Below, one piece after another: positions 33,896 through 44,200 of a stretch of 64,000 nt of DNA. Source of the stretch: Mayamaea pseudoterrestris (taxonomy: Eukaryota); assembly GCA_027923505.1 (NCBI GenBank), contig BROI01000002.1:434001-498000 (forward strand), written 5' to 3'. Every line of letters starts with the position of its first letter. Position 1 is the stretch's first letter. The translations under genes and the position numbers were made by a program. The notes beneath the pieces were generated by a model. It did not search any database, was not told where the DNA came from, and saw nothing but the letters and a program-made list of their open reading frames with translations.

Positions 33896-34298
33896 GTTTC
33901 TTGCTGGCTTGCTTATCTCGTTAAGAGAGAAACGCGAGCTTGAGAGAAAAGAAACGCCATGGCAGAGGCTCGCAATAAGAACGGTTCGCAAGAAAATCGA
34001 GACTCGTGATGGATGCGTGACCGAAGCAGTGTCATTCCCGTATGACGGTTTCCATGCTCATGTTGAGAACGACCAATGCATGCGAACATGCAAGCATGCT
34101 TACTTAACAAAATGACTGGATTGACATTAAGCGATCTTGCTTGACCAAGGTAAAAGTATCAGGCTTAACTAGATGACTGGATGGATTGGAGTCAAGATTG
34201 AAATAGGTGACCGCGAGAAATGGCAACAGCCTCGAGCGCGATTACAAAAACAAACTCGAGCAAGTCGGCACAAAACAAACGTTTTTGTAAACAATAAC

Positions 34299-34820
34299 AT
34301 GATCCAACGATTACCCAACATTCTCCTCGTTGCACTTTGTGCCATTTGCAGCAGCACCTTTCTTCCGTCGGTTGCAGCTGCAGCGACGACGGAACCGGAT
34401 GTTTGGATGCTTACGCTGCTGGGCAAGAATGATGAGGACGGCAACTGCAAAGCCCAAGCCGACGAGATTGGAACCTACGTGCAAGACACCTTCAACGCTG
34501 CCATTCCCGGAATCACTCCCTACGATCCAGTCGTTGACGATACAACCAATAGTAATCGCTTTCTGCGCAGCAGCAGTCGCCGCCAGCTTGCCATTAAGCT
34601 ATGCGCCCGCACCTACTGCTCCAAGCCACGCAACTGGGACGAGTGCTACTTTTCCGGATGCTCCTGCAGCTGCGGACGAAGCAGGCAATTGGCGGTCAGT
34701 GCCAGCAGCGACATGGCCCAAGTGCTGAAAGCCAAGCGCGACTTGGACAAGTGGGTGACGGCCAAGGGAGTGGAACTTGGATGTGAGCTTGGACTGGTCA
34801 TGGAGAAAATGAGGGGATAG
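34299..34820 (+). CDS. Secreted precursor with internal 6-Cys peptide (family member 1)
   Basis: Signal peptide; RFLR..RRQL-AIKLCARTYCSKPRNWDECYFSGCSCSCG-RSRQL. Confidence 0.85.
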   Translation: MIQRLPNILLVALCAICSSTFLPSVAAAATTEPDVWMLTLLGKNDEDGNCKAQADEIGTYVQDTFNAAIPGITPYDPVVDDTTNSNRFLRSSSRRQLAIKLCARTYCSKPRNWDECYFSGCSCSCGRSRQLAVSASSDMAQVLKAKRDLDKWVTAKGVELGCELGLVMEKMRG

Positions 34821-35362
34821 CTACTGGAGATGAGGATATTGAGACTCGCGTTTAGTCGGTCTCGGGCGCTGTGTACTTTCATAGCTCGCGCGAAGCGTTC
34901 CTGCGATGCGACCGTTGCTGGACGTTCATCTTTGGAAAGTGCTTAACGTTTGTGGCCTCTTTCAAGCTCGAGTGACTGAAACTTTTAATAACGGCGTTTT
35001 GCCATTGATGATAGATTTACATTATGTATATATGCCATCTTTCATCTAGGTAGCGACAACCATTCATCCTGACTGTCCATAGTTCCAGACAACTTGCTTC
35101 GCGTTGTGTAGCAATTTTGCATACTATTCCGTAGTGATCATCCATGCACTCATTCACTACTCGAGTACGTCTTTTGTGATGTACTGTACCTATGTACTTT
35201 CATAAAATAAAGAGTTAATATGACTGCGATAATTCTATCAGCAAGCGGCTTTGTAGCCTTGTTAAGTCTACGTATGAATTGGAAATGCAAGCGGCAACGA
35301 GCGAAGGGATCGTCATGGCCGAGGAAAGAAGGAATAAAAGGTGTTGCATGCATTCTCGTCTC

Positions 35363-35842
35363 CTAGGTCACCTTTTTCAACACCAATCCAAGCTCACAGC
35401 CGAGCTCCACACCCTTGGTGACAAGCATGGCATCGAGAATTCGCTTGGCTTCCAGAATTTTCGCCTGGTCGCTGGCATTTTCTGACACTAGCTCACGTCC
35501 TCGGCCGCACGTGCATGAGCAACCACTAAAGATGCAAACGTCCCAGTTGCGTGGCTTTGAGCAGTAGGTGCGGTCGCAAACGTTAATGGTGGTAAGCTCG
35601 CGGTGGACGCTGCGTAGAAAGCGGCCAGCATTGTCATCTGGATAGTAGGTGGTAAAGCCAGGGACGGCGGCGTTGAATACATCCTGGACTTGCTGACCTA
35701 TCGCATCGGCTTGGGCGAGGCAAGCACCGTTTACATCGTTTCGCCCGAGAACGTTGAGCGCCCAAAGGTTGGCCGGTTTGGCGGCAGAAACCGAATGAAC
35801 GCAGGCAAATGCAGCAAGGAGGAGTGACAGGATTTGGATCAT
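35363..35842 (-). CDS. Secreted precursor with internal 6-Cys peptide (family member 2)
   Basis: Signal peptide MIQILSLLLAAFACVHSVSA; RFLR..HREL-TTINVCDRTYCSKPRNWDVCIFSGCSCTCG-RGREL. Confidence 0.87.
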   Translation of the reverse strand: MIQILSLLLAAFACVHSVSAAKPANLWALNVLGRNDVNGACLAQADAIGQQVQDVFNAAVPGFTTYYPDDNAGRFLRSVHRELTTINVCDRTYCSKPRNWDVCIFSGCSCTCGRGRELVSENASDQAKILEAKRILDAMLVTKGVELGCELGLVLKKVT

Positions 35843-36642
35843 GTTGAAAGTCTGGAGGTGAATGGCTTGGACAATTTTGTCGAATTATGAGAGCTTGGAG
35901 ATTGGCGATTGTCGGGAGGCGTTTGATGAGTTTGTGAGTGCATTGCGCAGCATGGCGCCCGGCGAAAGTTTTTAATCGTCGAATCATCGTCGGAAATGGC
36001 CAGTGACTTGAAGGGCCTATTCGTCAATGACCACCGAAACCGTTCGACTGGTTAATTTAAGTAGGCAATGAATCAGTCAAAGTTCCGGTGAAATATCTGT
36101 CTTGAACTGTCGTCATTAAGGCTTAAGCGAGGCAATACACTGACTCCTAATCGTAAAATCTCGACGCCAAGGAATACGAACAATCAAACGAGTATTCCAA
36201 TGGCCTGGCGATCTCTAGCCATTTTGATTGGATCAAAGTCAATGGCACTCTGACATGCACGACTGACCGGCTTAGTCAGTAGAATGAAAACCACTGTTCA
36301 AGCGGACCTGCGAGGCATGTTGACACTTTTGACGAACCAACCTTCGGATACTCCGCGTGGCGCGCCAGCAGGAATTAAATCCATCGTAGCGGTACTAATA
36401 TTTAGCTATTTTATATTCACCGGTACAACCTACCGGTATGGACGATCGTCGCTTATGTTAGCTGATACATGATGAATGCCACGTACAGTGTAAAGTATCA
36501 TTATCGTAATACACTGCTTATGAACAACATTACTACAACGCGGTATCTAGTTAGGCTGGTTGTGGACCTTTTTTAGCATTTTCCTTGTCGTGCGACTCCA
36601 CACAAACTTGATTCACAAGCATTGCGCGTTATCAGATTTGCC

Positions 36643-37140
36643 TTATATGCCCAAGTCATTTATCGAGACTTGAGATAAAGTCACTCCAAGTATGCAGCCC
36701 GGAATAGATGCGGTAGCATTAGCCACAAACGTCATCAAAGCTTCGCGGGCAACTCGAATGTCTCCTCCACTCGCTTGGCCTTGTACAATTAACCGCCTCT
36801 TGCCACATGAGCACTTGCATCCGCTATAGTAGCAATAGTCGTAATTGGCAGGCTTAGAGCAGTAGCTTGCAGTGCAAACTTTTACTTGAAGTTCGCGACC
36901 CTTTGAATGCTTTAGATAACGTCGTCGCCCGGAGGCCCCAGTGTAGTCGCTTAATCCAGGAACAAGGCGCCCGAGCTTAGCCATCAAAGTGGGTCCTATG
37001 GAGTCACCCAAAGCGGCACAACGTGATGTTCCTGGAGCATCATTTCCGGCGACTGTAAGCTGGTATACTTCCGCGTCCTTTGCGACAGCAAGGCTCGTGA
37101 CTACAGATAAGAGGATGGCAACTATCTGAAATATGTTCAT
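36643..37140 (-). CDS. Secreted precursor with internal 6-Cys peptide (family member 3)
   Basis: Signal peptide MNIFQIVAILLSVVTSLAVA; RRRYLK..GREL-QVKVCTASYCSKPANYDYCYYSGCKCSCG-KRRL. Confidence 0.87.
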   Translation of the reverse strand: MNIFQIVAILLSVVTSLAVAKDAEVYQLTVAGNDAPGTSRCAALGDSIGPTLMAKLGRLVPGLSDYTGASGRRRYLKHSKGRELQVKVCTASYCSKPANYDYCYYSGCKCSCGKRRLIVQGQASGGDIRVAREALMTFVANATASIPGCILGVTLSQVSINDLGI

Positions 37141-37877
37141 TGTGTTCAAGTGTGATGTTGCCTTTGCGTAGATTTGAAGTCCGACCTTCACTTTCCGAAA
37201 GATAATGGTTGCATTCTACCGGTAGGCTGGTCGGCTGGTCCTACTTATTCTTTCGCTGTCACTGGCCGAACTGCTTTTACTCGTAGAATGAATCGCGCCC
37301 AAAGAAGCAAAGTACGGAGTAACTCCAGTACAGTACGTATGTACAGTAGGGCAGTGTCGAACCATCCGAGGAACAATGACAAGAGTCCATGTGTCTGGGC
37401 GTGGTATCTTTTCAGGCCGCCCTCCATTTTTCTCCTCACGTAGTCCTAAAAGACTATTGTGTGTACCCTTGCCCAGTGCCAACAATTCAATTCATGCCTT
37501 CCCAAGATTTTGAGGCTGAATTTTTAAATCTCGAGTATATGCTAACGGAACTCGTACAAATAGCTGTTACCGTATTGGCATTGCGTTTTGCGTGATTTAG
37601 TGCATTGTACATTGTAGCGGTTAAAGGCCTCGAGGCAATCGCAGCGCTATCACACCTAAGTTCAGGAAACCACCGGATTTTAGGCTAGTAGGTGTGATAT
37701 CAGACGTTTAATTTTATTAGTAATTCTAAAATGTCTCACAGCAGCTTTCGGTCGGCGCGGGTCGCACTCAATGTGCTCAATCTTGTTTTTCGGTTGGCCT
37801 TAACATTACACGTTTGCAATGCCCATGAGTATCGTCTGTCGAGCATCCAAAGCCTCGCAACGTTAGAGTCCTGGAAG

Positions 37878-38378
37878 TTACAAGCCAAACTCGTCAGAGT
37901 CCAGTTCCGTCATGACCATTTCCAACGTACAATCTGGAACCGTCGCGGCCGATGTTTTGACCAATTGTTCCATTGCCTTTCGCGCCACTTGAACGTCTCC
38001 TCCGTTGAGCTCCTTCGGTGCGAGCATGCGACCTCTGCCGCACGAGCATTTGCAACCAGAAAAGTAGCAGTAGTCATAGTTTTGCGGCTTGGAGCAGTAC
38101 GTTTTCGTGCAGACTTTTGTTTGCAGCTGGCGGTGCGTCTTTGATTTAGGTTCCTTCAAGTGGCGGCGGCGACGACGAGCGTTATAGTCACTCAGCCACG
38201 AAGCAAGGTTTTGAAAGGTTTCCATCACTTGCGGACCAAGGTTTGCTCCCAAGGTGGCGCACTTTGTTCCGGGTGCAGCGTTCCCGACGATGGACACTTC
38301 GTAGACGTCCACCTTTGCGGCGTCAGTCGCAAGTAGAAGCGACAGGAAACAGACAATGGCAAAGTGCTTGGTCATCAT
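37878..38378 (-). CDS. Secreted precursor with internal 6-Cys peptide (family member 4)
   Basis: Signal peptide MMTKHFAIVCFLSLLLATDA; RRRHLK..HRQL-QTKVCTKTYCSKPQNYDYCYFSGCKCSCG-RGRML. Confidence 0.87.
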   Translation of the reverse strand: MMTKHFAIVCFLSLLLATDAAKVDVYEVSIVGNAAPGTKCATLGANLGPQVMETFQNLASWLSDYNARRRRRHLKEPKSKTHRQLQTKVCTKTYCSKPQNYDYCYFSGCKCSCGRGRMLAPKELNGGDVQVARKAMEQLVKTSAATVPDCTLEMVMTELDSDEFGL

Positions 38379-39186
38379 ATTCGAGCATATGGATATGCAA
38401 GGAGAATGTCGCGGATTATAACAAGTTGCGACAGCAAGATCAAAAGTTGACCACCTGCTAAATTGACGAACAGAAACGGCGCTTGTCATTGGGGCATCAA
38501 ACGAGGGGCTAATGACTGTTGGGCTTCCTTTTGATACGCCGAAAAGGCCTTTCGCAATATCAGGCAATATATATGAAGCTTGCAATGAAAGTCACATGAC
38601 TTTTTCCTATGCTTCGAATTCGGAAGCTTTCGTCTTTGGATGACTCACCGATTGAGTACTCATGTCCCGTTGCAAGGAACGCCAAGCAATTCGGTCGGCT
38701 GCTCGACTGCCATGGCGGCGGCTTTCTTCTCGAGCGTTGTACTCCATGTACAGTACTTCCCTTGCCATCGTAGTTATGACACTTCTACCGTATCTTTAAG
38801 CGCTATCCTCTTAGGTATGTCTAGGAATGTGCAAGTTGTCTCCCGGCTGCTGCCACTGTCCCCCTTGCTTCGGCGATGAATCCAAATTGCAATATACCAT
38901 CTTTCGACTGATCGAACTTAACACGTTCATGAAAGAGTAGCACCCAACATGTACTGAGAAGCAAGTGAAGTCTCTCTTTAGAACGTTGATAAATGTTACA
39001 ACCATTTTATTGACCGTGCCCTCACTTTTCTTTCGCAGGGCGCTTGCAGTAAGCAGTCATCATGGCACATGGCACGGTCACCAGGTCATTTTATCGCATC
39101 AATCGGGAGAACCTTGGCCCTGCTCGTCCAGTCCCTTTATGGACCATTGCTAGTGAGTGATCAAACAAATTTAGACACGAAATCGC

Positions 39187-40431
39187 ATGTTTTCATCCGA
39201 CAAGTCGACATCCATTATGAACAAGCCTTGCAGTCAATCATCCTTTGAAACGAGCTGCAGTGACGACGATGACAATGAGATTCTGACGAATGATTTATGC
39301 ATGCATCGCTCAATTACGTTCCGAGGAAGATACATGTTTGCGACAATGCTCGTCTTGATCTTGGGTGCCTTTGGAACGACAACCTTTCAGCAATACGCAG
39401 CAGATAGTCAAAAAAGTAACATCATGCGTTCCTCCGATGCATCGATTTCATCATTCACGTCTCTGGAGCTGACAGACGATGGAAAGGTGACTTGGACGAC
39501 GCGGCCGTCGCCTCCCGCAGGTTCCTTGCTTGATCCAGTGATTGAAGCGTTTCGACAAGGAATGACGATTGATGCCGCAAGCATTGCCATTCACGCTCCT
39601 CGTGCCTCCTCCGACTGCTCCTGCTATAATACTACGATAAAATCACCCGATCCATGCTGCGGTCGCTTTTACATTCGCGGCCACAAAATGGGTATTCAGT
39701 TGGTTTCGCTGCTGTTTCCAACCTTCCACTTTGACAATCGCTATTTACCACTCAACGCGAAGCATTACGTTGACTCGGACTTGCGCGTGGCGGTCGTGTT
39801 GCGAAACGTTTACGAGTCCATCGTGTCGGGCTATCTCTATCACAGGCAGGGCCGCGAGTGCTACACGGATCCCAATGGTTTGCCGCTGCGCGACAAGGCG
39901 ACGCATCAGCCAAAAATTGGAAACACTGACTTTGTCAAGTATACAACTTTTCTCAATGATACGACATTAGCAGCATTTAGTAGTAGCAACCAAACAATCA
40001 TTGCTGGCAATCTGTGTCAGTTCATCATGGACGAGCCGGTGGAACGTGGCATGCGCGCCTACATTGACTTTGTCTTTCGCGGCGACTACTACAAAAGCAG
40101 TCTGTTGGCTTGGCGTGCCTTGTCGCAGCACATTGACTGGATTGGCGACTTAACCCACGTTGCGTGCTACGAAGACCTCATGACGAATCGAACGGAAACG
40201 TTGCACGAGCTACTACATTTTTACTATCCATCCGGCGTTCCGCCGGCAATGGCAGCCAAAGTTGGCAGCAAGCTTGCGTCGCGATCAAATGTTACTTACA
40301 GTGGACCGCACGCGACCAACCACGATGCTGACTTGAGGGCGAGCTTGGTGAATGTTGTCAAGGCGCTTGACAGTGAATTCTACCATGGGCAGATTGCTTA
40401 CGAGGATTCCATGACTCCTTGCGGCAAGTGA
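39187..40431 (+). CDS. Type II membrane sulfotransferase-like protein
   Basis: TM MFATMLVLILGAFG. GHKMG resembles the 5'-PSB loop, VVLRNVYESIVSGYLYH resembles the 3'-PB motif (RxxxxxxxS), and CYEDL follows. Confidence 0.65.
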   Translation: MFSSDKSTSIMNKPCSQSSFETSCSDDDDNEILTNDLCMHRSITFRGRYMFATMLVLILGAFGTTTFQQYAADSQKSNIMRSSDASISSFTSLELTDDGKVTWTTRPSPPAGSLLDPVIEAFRQGMTIDAASIAIHAPRASSDCSCYNTTIKSPDPCCGRFYIRGHKMGIQLVSLLFPTFHFDNRYLPLNAKHYVDSDLRVAVVLRNVYESIVSGYLYHRQGRECYTDPNGLPLRDKATHQPKIGNTDFVKYTTFLNDTTLAAFSSSNQTIIAGNLCQFIMDEPVERGMRAYIDFVFRGDYYKSSLLAWRALSQHIDWIGDLTHVACYEDLMTNRTETLHELLHFYYPSGVPPAMAAKVGSKLASRSNVTYSGPHATNHDADLRASLVNVVKALDSEFYHGQIAYEDSMTPCGK

Positions 40432-41209
40432 AAGGTTTCTTCAAGCTTGTACGACCAGCAGTAACAGTCAGGAGTAACGGAAATAAAGTCGGAAGCTCCG
40501 GTGTAGTGGCAGCGAATTTCTTGCTTGCAATGTTGCCTCACTCGTGTGGCTCGTTGCATGTTGGCGACAGCGGCGCGGGTGTAGGTAGGATGAATTGTAG
40601 GTATAACGTCAACAATTTGAAGCTTGTGTATAGTATAAAATTGAGGATATCACGTTACGAGTCGTTGATCGATGAGATGCAGCTACTCTACACGAATTTC
40701 CGCGCAAGTCATTGTTGCGGCGGAGTCTCGTCCTCGTTTGCCTAAAGGCACGTAGAGAGTCGACAGCTCGCAAGGGCAAAAACAGTCCGTGCAATCACCC
40801 TTTAATCATGCGCCTTGTTCAATCGAGACGCACTTTCGTCGTTAATCGTTGCGGAGGACCAAGAGCGCCCTCGTTAGTTTGTCGAGCATTGCGGCAAACT
40901 TGGCAATGATCACGCGCATGAAGCTGTCAGTACAGGTCCGATCTGTGAACCAATGCGACAATCGATTCCAGATCGACGCCCGTCCTCCACCATGAGCAAA
41001 AAATTACCCTTGCCATTGCAACTTTAACTGCAACCAGTCTTTGCTATACAACATATTATATCATCTTGGAATCTACTTACTGGGCTCTTGCTATAGTTTA
41101 TAAAGTATTTACGGAAGAAAGTAGAAGTTGAACCGCAGCGAAATACGTGTTCGATTTTCAAGCCATCAAGCGAGCAGCCATCAATCAGTTAACATCAAGT
41201 TTACCAACA

Positions 41210-44200
41210 ATGAACTTTGTCCAAACACTGGAGGAATCCCTCCGCGACTTGGCATCCGAGGCTCGCAAAAAGCATCCGGGCGTCAAGGAGGCTTCCGAGC
41301 GCGCCACCTTGCGGCTGCGAATGCTTCAAACGCAATACGTTAGCAAGGTGCGGCAAGCGAACAGTAGTAGTCAAGCCAGTGCGAATGGTTCGAATGATGC
41401 AGCAAAGACGACGACGACGACAAATCACCCAACGACGCAACTATTTGCTCATTCCGAAATTCTTCATCCCTTTCTACTCGCTGCCAATTATCCGAACGCA
41501 TCGGCCGAACTATTGAACATTTCCTTCAACAGCATGCAGCTACTCATGCGCGCCAATGCCGTTCAACCATCCGACGCCATTCAAATGCTGCGGGTATGGA
41601 TGATTCAGGCGCAGAATGTCGTCTCGTGTTACGAAAAGCTGTACGCCAAGGAAATTTACTTGCAGACCGAGTCGCAGCAACATGAATCGGCGGCGGCAAC
41701 CAATCACGCAGCAGGCAGTACCACCAGCAGCTCGTCGTGGTTCTCCTGGGGATCATCCAGTGCAGCAGCGACAACGGATCCAAGCAGCAGCAACTATAAG
41801 CAGTCGAGTAACAATCAGATTCAATCCACAAAGTCATCCTCCACAACACTATCATCCCAGCAGTCGCCGCTACAAATGGAGCATTGCGCCAAGCAAATTC
41901 TCAGTTGTTTACTGCAGCTGCTGGAACTGTTGAAGGAGCACTACGCAAAACACTTGACGGTGGAACTGTGGACCAATGCCATGGCACTTGCCTGCGTCTG
42001 GCTGCACTACACGCCAATCAAGCACACCGTGCACCAGGCGGCAGTGTCAACCTTGAAGCAAGTCATGAATTTATTGTATTCCGCAGCAGCAGCAAACGAC
42101 AAGTTGCTGCAGTCCACCTGGGACGATTTACTGCAATTATGCGACGTGAATATACAAGCAAATATCAACTTGACGGGAGCCTTTTCACTCTGCCAGCGCA
42201 GCGTGGCGCACAATGCCACTGTGTATCCGCCGTGCGCGGAACTGGCGCTGCAACTACTGACGCGACTTGAGCGTGAACACGATGTAGCATTGCCACCAAG
42301 GTTGCTGCAAAAGACGTTTGGGATATCCGTGCAGCTCCTATTGCAACTAGACAAACGCGGCACGTCGTTGGAAAAGTGTTTGCGCATTGCGCAGTGGACG
42401 ACGGTGCTCTTTCAAAAATACTTTGTCAGCTACTCGGGCGAATGTTTGGAACTGCTAGAGTTGCTGTTAAAACCGATTGCAGCGGCCACGGATATTTGTC
42501 GGAGTCATGATGACTTTGAGGATGGTTACGTGTATACGGCGAGTGATGCGGATATAGTGTTGCTGGCGGAACAACATGCATCGAGCGACGGAAAGAAATT
42601 GTCGTCGACGCGAACATTGACGACGTTGATTCCACCGAGTGTGTTGTGGAAGGCGGTGTTTAGCTTGGAGGCAATTTACGTTATATTTGATAGAGATGAT
42701 CCGATGGAACTGTCAGTGATTTTGGAGGATGCAAGGATAGTTTTGGCGCTGTCGGAAACGCTGAGTGACTTTGCAACAATAGGAGCAAGCTGCATGGACC
42801 ATTTGCTGCAGTTCGTCAGCTTCGGCAAGTCGCTTCCGTTTTCTGGCAATGAAGTGTTTGCCAAGTCGTTGACCAAGGTGAAACCAACATTTTTTCGAAC
42901 GGCGGAGCAAGCATGCACGAGTGGAAACGCGCAGTCTCTGCTAGTGGATGGTGCGTCGACCGACAAGTCGACATCGTCTCCAAGCTCTGGGGTTCTTGGT
43001 GAAGCGCTATGGATTACTTTACAAAATTTGTTGCGGCTACCAGAGTGTATGATTGGTTTGAATGGCGTGGAGCAAATGCTGGAGCAAACGTTTGCTCCAT
43101 CTTTGGCAGTTCTGCAACATTATCTAAAGCGATGCATCGGCTCAAGCGATTTGGTGCAACTTTCACTCAAGGGTTTTGCAAATCTTGCTGACGTGTGTCT
43201 ACCACTGGGTACGATACATCGAAAGGCGCTGCTCCTCTCACTTTGTAAGCTTTCGCTGCCAACCTGGGGGCAGCGCGACTCCACTGCTCAGCTACAGGAT
43301 CATCATGTCATGACATTGCTTTATCTATGTCGCATTATTCATACACACTACGAATTCATTATTGATGATTGGGAAATAATTCTTCGGACATTCGACGAAC
43401 TATCCGATATTTCAATTGCATCGAAGCAACTTTCTGACGAGTCTTACCACGCGGCGCTTGCGGTCTCCAACCTTTTCAGTCGCCTGGCCCCTTTTTCGAC
43501 GTGTTTCTCGTCCTCATCCTTGTTAAGATTGGCAGAAGCTCTCACAGAAATCACCAAGACGAGATTAGAGGGCTTGGATGTAGTTGGAAGCAACGATACC
43601 GTGCTAGCACAGCGAACGAAACCAGTCGATGCTCTTGCACGGCAGTCATCGGATGGAGGCGAAAGCAGTAGCATTAGCTCGAAAATAATGAACATTGGCG
43701 TTAGAGCCATTTATGGAAACGAATCGGAAATACAACAAAAGACGGAAGGCTCGAAAGGAACAAGGATAGTCGGCACTTTCTGTGGTGACTACCGACATGA
43801 ATATGTAAAACGGATATCTTCGGCAAAATCAACGATGCGAGTGAACGCTGTCGGCGACATTCCGTACGTTTTGGCTGTACTCACGGATTTGGTCATGGCC
43901 AATTCCTTTCGTTTCGAGAAATGCGGAGATCAGCTTTCAGAACAGCTATCGCGCTTGGCATCAATTTCTCCAGCCGTCCGACCATTCATCATGGATGTCT
44001 TGTCAGTGCTGGCAATGTCCCATTTGTCCAGTGAAAGAGCTCTTCCGGCTCCGTTTGTAGGACCTGGAAGGTCTATTTTTGAGGATCCAATGCAGAGCCA
44101 GCTGTGGGCCGTGGAAGAGTGTAGCGACAAACAAAGTTCTACGGAAGGTGGCATTCAAACCTATGAGTTTGGCGCCAAGTCGCAGTCCGATTTACTCTCG

